Part shown: positions 17,127 through 24,989 of the stretch, piece after piece | Layout: each line of letters starts with the position of its first letter | How positions within the stretch are numbered: the first letter of the stretch is position 1 | Assembly: GCA_016235455.1 (NCBI GenBank) | Contig: JACRKZ010000128.1 | Location: 1 to 36,778 of the forward strand | Length of the DNA stretch: 36,778 bases | Reading direction: 5' to 3' | Origin: Armatimonadota bacterium | Lineage (GTDB): Bacteria > Armatimonadota > UBA10988 | The notes under the pieces: model-generated | The model's database searches: none | What the model was told of the DNA's origin: nothing | What the model saw: the letters and a program-made list of their open reading frames with translations, nothing else | Translations under genes and position numbers: made by a program

Positions 17127-18167
17127 CTACCGTGCCCAGCGTTCGCGCAGGTAGTCCATGTAGAACCGCGCGTTGTCCAGCGGGACGTTGCTGGGGATGT
17201 GATTGCCCACGGCGAACATGAAGCCGGGGCAGTCGAAGGCCAGTTCGAGTGTGGCGTCGATCTCGGCCTTGATCTGCTCACGCCCACCAAACGTCAGCGT
17301 GCGACAGTCGAGCTTGCTGCCGACGATGGCCGTGGTCTGGCCGTGGCGCTGGCAGACATAGTCGAGATCGGTGGTCGGCTCGAAGATGAGCCCGTTGGCG
17401 CCGGCCGCGACGATGTCGTCGACGAACTCGGTGAACGTGCCATCGGAGCAGAACAGCACAATCTTGCCCGCCTCGCGCAACGGCTCCCAGAGCCTGGCAT
17501 AGCGCGGGAAGATGACCTCGCGGTAGAAGCTGGGGTGCATGAACGCGCCTTGCGTCCAGACCATGTCGTCGTGCTGGATGATGACCTCGGCCGAGGTCTT
17601 GGCCCAGGCGCGCATGTGGTAGAGCGTGCGCTCAAAGAAGCCGTCGAGCACTTTGGTGAAGCGCTTGGGGTCGGCCGCGGCGACCAGCAGCATCTCCCAG
17701 CCAAAGGCCTGGATGGCGCCGGAGACGATGGTCTTGTAGTAGCCGCCAGTGACGATCTGGTTGGGGTTGGCGCCCTGGCTGGTCTGGTACCAGTTCTCAT
17801 AGAGCGCGACGAGGTCGTCGAACTCGGGCAGGCCATACTCGCTGACGGCGTCGAAGGTCCAGACATCCTCGGGATCGACAAACGGGCAGTGCACGCTGTC
17901 GCGCTTGTCGATGCCATGCTCGAGGAACTCGGCATGGCCCATGTCGGTGTTGCGGCCGGCGGCGGACCAGTCGATGGGTCCGTCGTGCACGCACCAGTTG
18001 AGGTCGACATCCCAGGCGTCGGCAAAGGCACGCATGGCCCCGCCGTCGCTAAGCGGATCGCGCCCGGTGACCGCGCGGACCAAGTCGTAGTTGCTGACAT
18101 AGTCAGTGTGCGCCAGGCGCGACGTGGGCTGCAGGCGCAGCGTGCTCATGCCGATGTCGTAGCTCAT
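17127..18167 (-). CDS. Uroporphyrinogen decarboxylase (URO-D)/methyltransferase-fold family protein
   Basis: Start MSYDIG after GAGGAAG; IQHDDM, YREVIFPRY, LFCSDG, GKLD-like GSKLD, GFMFAVGNHIPSNVPLDN. Not canonical HemE. Confidence 0.8.
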   Translation of the reverse strand: MSYDIGMSTLRLQPTSRLAHTDYVSNYDLVRAVTGRDPLSDGGAMRAFADAWDVDLNWCVHDGPIDWSAAGRNTDMGHAEFLEHGIDKRDSVHCPFVDPEDVWTFDAVSEYGLPEFDDLVALYENWYQTSQGANPNQIVTGGYYKTIVSGAIQAFGWEMLLVAAADPKRFTKVLDGFFERTLYHMRAWAKTSAEVIIQHDDMVWTQGAFMHPSFYREVIFPRYARLWEPLREAGKIVLFCSDGTFTEFVDDIVAAGANGLIFEPTTDLDYVCQRHGQTTAIVGSKLDCRTLTFGGREQIKAEIDATLELAFDCPGFMFAVGNHIPSNVPLDNARFYMDYLRERWAR

Positions 18168-18236
18168 GGGTCTTCCTCGTCGCGGTGCTTCGGCTCCGGG
18201 AGGCGGGCTCCTGCTGAGGCATGGGAACAACCGCAC

Positions 18237-18330
18237 CGTAGGGGCGACCCTCCGTGGTCGCCCAGCACGAAGGTCCGTTCGCGTTACGCGTTGACCAACC
18301 CACCGGCGACCACAGAGGGTCGCCCCTACG
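18237..18330. repeat. Inverted pair of GTAG-type REP sequences (REPIN-like)
   Basis: CGTAGGGGCGACCCTCCGTGGTCGCC at 18237-18262 and its reverse complement with one mismatch at 18305-18330; each copy is a GGCGACC/GGTCGCC hairpin with a GTAG foot. Confidence 0.85.
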
Positions 18331-18344
18331 CGAGATGCCGCACC

Positions 18345-19424
18345 CTACTCCTCAAACAGCGCCGCCGCGAACGCCCGTGGCTGGAAGTCGATCAGGTCGC
18401 GGGCGCGCTCGCCGATGCCCAGGAACTTGATCGGCAGGCCCAGTTCGTCGGCCACGGTGATGACCACGCCGCCGCGCGCCGTGCCGTCGGTCTTGGCCAC
18501 CACCAGGCCGGTTACCGGTACGCTCTGGCAGAACAGCTTGGCCTGGCGCACCGCATTTTGGCCGGTGGTCGCGTCGATGACCAGCAGCACCTCGTCGGCC
18601 GGCCGGCCCAGGGCGCGCTCGACCACGCGGTTGATCTTCTTGAGTTCCTCCATCAGGTTGGCCTTAGTGTGCAGTCGGCCAGCCGTGTCCGCGATGACGT
18701 AGTCGGCGCCGCGGGCCATGGCCGCGTTGACCGCGTCGAACACCACCGCCGCCGGGTCGCCACCCGCCTGCTGCCGCACCAGGTCGAGCCCGATGCGCTC
18801 GGACCAGATCTCGAGTTGCTCGATAGCCGCCGCGCGGAACGTGTCGCCCGCCGCCAGCAGCACTTTGCGGCCCTCGCGGTCGAGCCGATGGGCCAGCTTG
18901 GCGCAGAAGGTGGTCTTGCCCGTGCCGTTCACGCCCACGACCACGACCACGGTCGGCCGGTCGTCGCCGCGGTCGGCCAGCGGCGCCGTATGCTGCTCCA
19001 GGATCTCGGTGATGGCGTCGCGCAGGAAGCCCTGCACCACATCCGGGTCACTGGTGCGCTCGGCCTTGGCCCGCGCGCGCACCTCCGCCACCAGCTTCTC
19101 CGCCGTCTCCGCGCCGATATCCGACTGGATCAACTCGGCTTCGAGGTCGTCGAAGAAGTCATCGTCCAGCGGCACGTTCGACGCCGGTCGCGACTGCACC
19201 ACCGGCTGCGGTGTGACCACCGGCTGCGGTGTGACCACCGGCTGCGGTGTGACCACCGGAGGCGCCGCCGGGACGGGCGGTGCCGACCGCGGCTCGGGTT
19301 CGGCAACGGGTTCCGGCGCGACGACGGGCTCGGCCGCCTCGACGACGGGGTCAGTCGCGGCGGTCGATGCGGCGTCATCGCGGCCGAAGATGTCGCGGGC
19401 GCGCTTGAAGAAGTTGCGAAGCAT
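18345..19424 (-). CDS. ftsY: Signal recognition particle receptor FtsY
   Basis: GVNGTGKTT, AAGDTFRAAAIEQL, DTAGRLHTKANLMEEL, DATTGQNA, KTDGTARGG, GIGE. Confidence 0.97.
   Translation of the reverse strand: MLRNFFKRARDIFGRDDAASTAATDPVVEAAEPVVAPEPVAEPEPRSAPPVPAAPPVVTPQPVVTPQPVVTPQPVVQSRPASNVPLDDDFFDDLEAELIQSDIGAETAEKLVAEVRARAKAERTSDPDVVQGFLRDAITEILEQHTAPLADRGDDRPTVVVVVGVNGTGKTTFCAKLAHRLDREGRKVLLAAGDTFRAAAIEQLEIWSERIGLDLVRQQAGGDPAAVVFDAVNAAMARGADYVIADTAGRLHTKANLMEELKKINRVVERALGRPADEVLLVIDATTGQNAVRQAKLFCQSVPVTGLVVAKTDGTARGGVVITVADELGLPIKFLGIGERARDLIDFQPRAFAAALFEE
19198..19259. repeat. Perfect 18-bp tandem repeat x3.4 encoding PVVTPQ in the FtsY N-terminal region
   Basis: ACCACCGGCTGCGGTGTG at 19198, 19216, 19234 and a partial copy at 19252. 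Confidence 0.92.
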
Positions 19425-19427
19425 GGG

Positions 19428-19919
19428 TTACTTGAGGTCCTTGAGTTCGACGTCGAACAGCAGCGTGGCGTCCGGCGGGATCGTCGGCGGCTGGCCCTTG
19501 GCGCCATAGCCCAACGGCGCTGGGATCTTGAGGCTGCGCTTGCCGCCGATCTTCATGCCGGCCACGCCTTCGTCCCAGCCCTTGATGACCTGGCCCGAGC
19601 CGATCTTGAACTCGAACGGCGGCTTGCCGCGCGAGGTGTCGAACTGCGTGCCGTTGAGCAGCGTGCCGGTGTATTCGACCACGGCGGTCATGCCGTCCTT
19701 GGCCTCTTTGCCCGTGCCGACCACCTGGTCGGTATAGCGCAGGCCGGAAGCCGTCTGCACTTCCTTGCCGTCGCCGGCCGGTTTGGGCTGGCCGGGCTCG
19801 GGCTGGGCGCCGACCGCGGCAGGCTGGGCGGCGGGCTGCTCGGCCGTCTTGCAGCCGGGCAGGCAACTGATGCCAAGCGCGGCGGTGGTGGTCAATGTCA
19901 GCGATAGTCTGCGTGTCAT
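19428..19919 (-). CDS. FKBP-type peptidyl-prolyl isomerase, probable lipoprotein
   Basis: ASGLRY, YTGTLLNGTQFDTS, VIKGWDEGVAGMKIGGKR, LGYG, IPPDATLLFDVEL; N-terminal LPGC lipobox-like; RBS GGGAG. Confidence 0.93.
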   Translation of the reverse strand: MTRRLSLTLTTTAALGISCLPGCKTAEQPAAQPAAVGAQPEPGQPKPAGDGKEVQTASGLRYTDQVVGTGKEAKDGMTAVVEYTGTLLNGTQFDTSRGKPPFEFKIGSGQVIKGWDEGVAGMKIGGKRSLKIPAPLGYGAKGQPPTIPPDATLLFDVELKDLK

Positions 19920-19982
19920 GGTCGCTCCCACGTGGCTTGGTCGAGATGATATCATAGGTTGCTCGGTGGGTTGCCCGCCGTC

Positions 19983-20960
19983 GTGAGCACGGCCAACGTG
20001 GATGCCCTCTGCCTCGGTGAACTGCTGATCGATCTGGTATCGCCCGACGCCGATGTAGGGTTGGCCGAGGCGCGTTCGTTCGTCAAGGCGCCCGGCGGCG
20101 CGCCGGCCAACGTGGCTGTGGGCTTGGCCCGCTGGGGCCTGAGCGCCGGGTTCGTGGGCTGTGTCGGCGACGACGCCTTCGGCCGGCACCTGCGCGACAC
20201 GCTCGTCGGCGAGGGCGTCGACACGCAGGGCCTGCGGCTGCACCCCGAGGCGCGCACGACGCTCGCCTTCGTGGCCACGCGCAGCGACGGCCGCAAAGAT
20301 ATTCTGTTCTACCGCAACCCCGGCGCCGACGCCATGCTCGCCCCAGCCGACCTCGACCCGGCGCAACTCGCCTCGACCCGGCTGTTCCATTTCTGCAGCG
20401 TCAGCCTCAGCCGCAGCCCGGTGCGCGAGGCCACACTGACCGCGGCGCGGCTGGCCAAGGCCGCCGGCGCGACCATCTCCTTCGATCCCAATTGGCGCGC
20501 GCCGTTGTGGGACGATCCCGCCGAAGGTCGAGCCCAGATCGCCGCCGGCGTGGCGCTGGCCGATGTGCTCAAGGTGGCTGACGAGGAACTCGAACTCGTG
20601 GCCGGCACCGACGACCCCGAAGCGGCGGTGGAGCGGCTGCTGGCGGCCGGTCCGCGCCTGGTGGTCATCACTTTCGGCGCCGACGGCGCGCTGGCCGCCA
20701 CGGCCGCGCAGCGCACGCGCCTGCCCGGCTTCGCCGTGCACGCCGTCGACACGCTCGGCGCCGGCGATGCCTTCGTGGCCGGTCTGCTCAGCTACCTGCT
20801 CGAGCAGCCGCGCATTAACCTGGATCTCGATGAGCTGGCGCTGGCCGCGATGCTCCGTCGCGCCAACGCCGCCGGCGCCCTGGCCACCACCGTTGTAGGT
20901 GTCATTCCTGCCCTGCCCACGCCGCAACGCGTGCAGTCGTTCCTGGAGGTAGACCGGTGA
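19983..20960 (+). CDS. PfkB-family carbohydrate kinase (fructokinase-like)
   Basis: LGELLID, PGGAPANVA, VGDDAFG, FDPNWR, VDTLGAGDAF; start codon uncertain (GTG 19983 or 19998). Confidence 0.93.
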   Translation: MSTANVDALCLGELLIDLVSPDADVGLAEARSFVKAPGGAPANVAVGLARWGLSAGFVGCVGDDAFGRHLRDTLVGEGVDTQGLRLHPEARTTLAFVATRSDGRKDILFYRNPGADAMLAPADLDPAQLASTRLFHFCSVSLSRSPVREATLTAARLAKAAGATISFDPNWRAPLWDDPAEGRAQIAAGVALADVLKVADEELELVAGTDDPEAAVERLLAAGPRLVVITFGADGALAATAAQRTRLPGFAVHAVDTLGAGDAFVAGLLSYLLEQPRINLDLDELALAAMLRRANAAGALATTVVGVIPALPTPQRVQSFLEVDR

Positions 20961-23900
20961 AGTTGACGCGAATCCTGCTGGCCCTGCTCGTGGTGGTTCG
21001 CGTCCAAGCGGCTCCACCGGCCACGATGGACGCCAAGGAGATCCAGCCCGGCATGACGGGCTACGGCCTGACGGTCTTCCACGGTACGACCATCGAGAAG
21101 TTCAACGTCGAGGTCATTGGTGTGCTGCCGTTCGCCGATCTCGATGATGACTGGATCATGATGCGCATCACCAGCGGCCCGGTGGCCGAGCGCGGCAGCG
21201 GCGTGGTGGGCGGCATGAGCGGCAGCCCGGTGTTCATCGGCGAGCGCCTGGTGGGCGCGGTGGCCTTCGGCTATCCCATGCCGCGCGAGAGCGTTTGTTT
21301 CGTGCAGCCCATCGGCCAGATGATGCGCGCGCTGAAGTTCGCCGAGGCGCCCGAGCAACTGGCCGAGGGCGAGGTGCGTCCGCTGGAACGGCCGATGACC
21401 GTCATGGGCCGCACCGTGGACCGTGTGCGAGTGGGCAGCGGCACGGCGGCTCAGGGCGAACTGGTGGCGGAGCCCATGGCTACGCCCTTGGCGGTGAGCG
21501 GGCTGGGCGAGGCCGGGCTGGAGCGGCTCGGTCGCGCCATGGCGCCCTATCGTCTGGCGCTGCAGGCCGCGCCGGCGGGCCGCGCCTCGGGCACGGTGGA
21601 CATGCAGCCCGGCGCGGCGGTGGGCGTGCTGCTGGTCGACGGCGATGTCCGCGCCGCGGGCACCGGCACGCTGACCTGGCGCGACGGCGACCGCATGTTG
21701 GCCTTCGGGCATCCCATGCTCCAGCGTGGGCGGGTGAAGATGCCGTTGTGCGGCGCGAGCATCATCGATTTCTTCAACGGCATTCAGCGCTCGGACAAGA
21801 TCAGCGTGGCGCTCGACCCCTGCGGCACGCTGGAAGCCGACACGCGCTGGGCCATCGCCGGTCGGCTGGGCGCCGCGCCGAGCATGGTGCCGGTACACCT
21901 GAGCATCAGCGATCCGCAGGCGGGCTTCCAGCGGCAGTGGCGCTTTAGTGTGATCGACGACCGCACGCTGGGGCCGGCGTTGGCCTTCAACCTGCTGGGC
22001 TCGCTGGTCGACGGCACCTGTGGCGAGTGGACCAAGGTGGGCTATGAGGCGCACAGCGTCGTGAAGTTCGCCGGCCGCGAGCCGCTGGACCGTCGCCGCA
22101 ACGGGTTCGTCGCCTCCGGCGGGTCCATGGCCACGCTGGCCGAGGTCATGTCGGCCGTACAGATAGCCGTCACGGCGCCGTACGACGACTTGCGGCTGGA
22201 GGGCTTGGACCTGACCATCGACGTCACCCACGGTGACCGCACGGCGACCATGGTGCGCGCGCGGTTCGATACGCAGCAGGTCAAGCCGGGCGAGTCCATG
22301 AAGCTCGACCTGGACCTGCGCCGGCGCGCCGACGGTAGCATTCGGCCCGTGTCGATGACCGTGCCCATCCCGGCCAACACGCCGCCCGGCCGCTACCGCA
22401 TGGCCGTGTCGGGTGGCGCGCAGGCGCCCGCGCTGGACCAGCAGTTGGGCACGCTGCCACTGCCGGCCACCAGCACCGACCAGCTCTTCCGGCGCATCGC
22501 CGAGCGGCCGGCCGACGACCTGAGCCTGGTGGCCAAGCTGGCTGCCGGCAGCTTCGATGTGGGCATTCGCGGCCGACGGCTGCCGGGCCCACCGGCCCAC
22601 CTGGAGCAGCTCCTGACGCGCGGCCTGACCACCGACCTCACCCGCGCGCGCGCCGCGCTGACCACCCGGTTGCCGCTCGATCTGCTGGTGACCAATGCGC
22701 TGACCGCCGAAATCACGGTGCTCGACCCGCTGACCGGTGAAGCACCGCGGCCGGTGACCAGCGATGGCCCGTCGCCGGACGGCGGCGGCGGTGACGCATC
22801 GCCGTCGCGCGGTCCGGCCGGCACGCCGGTGTCCACGTTCGTCACCGAACTGGCCCAGCCGTCTCCCGACGACCCGCTCGCGCCGTGGCTGGCATCGCCC
22901 TGCTGGCTGCGTGCGCTGTGGGGGCAGCCGGTGAGCTACGACCTGGCCACGGGGCCGTTGCCCAAGGCCGTGCCGACCGCCGATCCCGCCACTCCCGATG
23001 CCAAATCGACCGCCGGCCATGGCGACACCAAGCCGGACACGACCAAGCCGCCCGAGCCTACGCCGGCCCCTGCGCCCGCCGCGGCTCGCGCGCCGAAGGC
23101 CTGGCTGTTGTCCAGCGCTCGCGACTTCGCACCGGGTGACACCGACGGCGTCGCGCTGGATCCCCAGGGCACGCTGCAACTGGCCGCCGGCCACGCCGAG
23201 GTGGCACGCTGGGCCGAGCCGCATCTGTTCGCCGCCGACACCGACCGCGCCGGCGTCACCTGGCTGGGTGGCGGCACCACCGGCGAGCTGCTCAAGCTGA
23301 CCGGCGACAAGTTGGAGGTGGCCTGGCACGGCGACGATCCGCTGGTCACCGCCGTCTGCGCCACGACCAACGGCGTGCTCTTCGCCACGGCGCCCAGCGG
23401 CATCATCCGCCGGGTCGACGCGCAGGGCAAAGTCACCGACGTGGTCGACCTCGACGCGGCCTATGTGTGGCAACTGCGCGCCGCGCGCGACGGCAGCGTG
23501 CTGGCAGTCACCGGCCGGCCCAGCCGGCTGCTGCGACTGCGCGGCGACACGGTCACCGAACTGGCCAGCTTCGAGCTCGAACATGCGCTCTGCCTGGCCG
23601 AGGCGCCCAACGGCGTCCTCTACGCAGCAGGCGGCATGCCGGGCCGGGTGCTGCGCGTCGACGGCGCGTCGACCAGCGTCGTGGCCACGGCCACCGACGC
23701 CGTGACCGCTCTGGCGGTCGGTTCCGACAACACCGTCTACTTCGGCCACGGCGGGACGCTCAGCGCCCTCGGCGCCAATGGCGACCGACGGCAGTTGAGC
23801 AGTTTCGCCGGCTGGCGCGTGCTGGCCATTCTGCCCACGGCGCGCGGGCTGCTGGTGTCGACCGGCCTGCGCAATGATGGGCGCTCAGCGCTGTTCAGCG

Positions 23901-24922
23901 TCAATCGCGCGACCGGCGACGCCACGGCCGTGTTCGACGAGAAGCTGGCCGCCATCACCGCGCTCGTGCCGCAAACCGACGGCACGTTCCTGGCCGCGGG
24001 CGACGCGCCGGCGCGGGTCTACCGCCTGACACTGCCGTGCGGCGCCAACGGCAGCTACCTGTCGCCGGTGCTCGATGCCGGCGCGCGAGCCCGCTGGGGC
24101 ACGTTCGAGGTCGGTCTGGCCGAAGGTTCGGCCGGCACGGTGGCGGTCGAGGCGCGCAGCGGCGACACGCCGCGGCCCACCGACGACTGGACGCCGTGGC
24201 TGCCGGTGAACGGCAAGCCGGTCTGCGGCCCGGCCCGCTACTGGCAGTACCGCCTGTTGCTGGCCGCCGGTGACGGGCGCAGCCCATTGGTTGAATCGAC
24301 CCGGCTCGACTATGCGTTGGTCAACACCGAGCCCAAGGTAACCATCGAGTCGCCGCTGCCCGGCTCGGCCTGGAAAGGCAAGCAGGACGTGCGCTGGAAG
24401 GTGACCGACGCCGAGAACGACCCGACCGTGGCCAACGTCTACATCAAGTCCGACGGCTCGGGCGAATGGCGGCAACTGGCCGAGGGCCTGGCGCCGGGCA
24501 CCACCACCTTCTCGCTCGACCCGGTCAGCGCCAAGGTGGCCGACGGCCGCTACCGAGTGCGGGTCATCGTCGACGACCTGCCCATGAACCCCACCGACCC
24601 GCGCCAGGGCAGCGCCGTCTCGGAAGCGTTGTGGATCGACAACACGCCGCCCACCGTGCTGCTGCCGGAGCAACTGGTATCGGGTGATGCGCTGGACTTC
24701 CGCATCAACGTCAGCGACAACTGCCGGCTGGCCAGTGTGGAGGTGCGCGCCGATGGTCGGCCGTGGCGCGCGGCGGCACCGGTGGACGGGCTGATCGACT
24801 CGGCGCTGGAGATGGTCCAGGTGACCTATCGGCCGATCCCCGCGGGCAAGCACACGCTGGAGATCCGCGCGCGCGACCAGGCCGGCAACGAGACCGTGGT
24901 CAAACGCGACCTGGTGAAGTAG
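20957..24922 (+). CDS. Large secreted protein: SpoIVB/S55-like peptidase + beta-propeller + Ig/FN3-like domains
   Basis: GTGA overlap; signal peptide; PGMTGYGLTVFHG, GGMSGSPV, GTLTW...LAFGHPM; Pro/Thr linker; propeller-like repeats; DNTPP and RARDQAGN Ig-like ends. Confidence 0.82.
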   Translation: MKLTRILLALLVVVRVQAAPPATMDAKEIQPGMTGYGLTVFHGTTIEKFNVEVIGVLPFADLDDDWIMMRITSGPVAERGSGVVGGMSGSPVFIGERLVGAVAFGYPMPRESVCFVQPIGQMMRALKFAEAPEQLAEGEVRPLERPMTVMGRTVDRVRVGSGTAAQGELVAEPMATPLAVSGLGEAGLERLGRAMAPYRLALQAAPAGRASGTVDMQPGAAVGVLLVDGDVRAAGTGTLTWRDGDRMLAFGHPMLQRGRVKMPLCGASIIDFFNGIQRSDKISVALDPCGTLEADTRWAIAGRLGAAPSMVPVHLSISDPQAGFQRQWRFSVIDDRTLGPALAFNLLGSLVDGTCGEWTKVGYEAHSVVKFAGREPLDRRRNGFVASGGSMATLAEVMSAVQIAVTAPYDDLRLEGLDLTIDVTHGDRTATMVRARFDTQQVKPGESMKLDLDLRRRADGSIRPVSMTVPIPANTPPGRYRMAVSGGAQAPALDQQLGTLPLPATSTDQLFRRIAERPADDLSLVAKLAAGSFDVGIRGRRLPGPPAHLEQLLTRGLTTDLTRARAALTTRLPLDLLVTNALTAEITVLDPLTGEAPRPVTSDGPSPDGGGGDASPSRGPAGTPVSTFVTELAQPSPDDPLAPWLASPCWLRALWGQPVSYDLATGPLPKAVPTADPATPDAKSTAGHGDTKPDTTKPPEPTPAPAPAAARAPKAWLLSSARDFAPGDTDGVALDPQGTLQLAAGHAEVARWAEPHLFAADTDRAGVTWLGGGTTGELLKLTGDKLEVAWHGDDPLVTAVCATTNGVLFATAPSGIIRRVDAQGKVTDVVDLDAAYVWQLRAARDGSVLAVTGRPSRLLRLRGDTVTELASFELEHALCLAEAPNGVLYAAGGMPGRVLRVDGASTSVVATATDAVTALAVGSDNTVYFGHGGTLSALGANGDRRQLSSFAGWRVLAILPTARGLLVSTGLRNDGRSALFSVNRATGDATAVFDEKLAAITALVPQTDGTFLAAGDAPARVYRLTLPCGANGSYLSPVLDAGARARWGTFEVGLAEGSAGTVAVEARSGDTPRPTDDWTPWLPVNGKPVCGPARYWQYRLLLAAGDGRSPLVESTRLDYALVNTEPKVTIESPLPGSAWKGKQDVRWKVTDAENDPTVANVYIKSDGSGEWRQLAEGLAPGTTTFSLDPVSAKVADGRYRVRVIVDDLPMNPTDPRQGSAVSEALWIDNTPPTVLLPEQLVSGDALDFRINVSDNCRLASVEVRADGRPWRAAAPVDGLIDSALEMVQVTYRPIPAGKHTLEIRARDQAGNETVVKRDLVK

Positions 24923-24934
24923 GCGATCCGGCCG

Positions 24935-24980
24935 AGGGCCAAAGGCCTGGCGTCATACCAGCCCAGGGCCACGCCCTGGG
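24935..24980. repeat. Two-hairpin palindromic element between convergent genes (REP-like or terminator)
   Basis: GGCC-AAA-GGCC followed by CCCAGGGC-CAC-GCCCTGGG; single copy in this window. Confidence 0.5.
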
Positions 24981-24989
24981 CACGCAGGT

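Noticed and set aside
17127-18167. Calling the URO-D-family gene hemE
   Set aside because: Lacks the HemE RQAGR motif and no tetrapyrrole genes are nearby; only the fold family is supportable.
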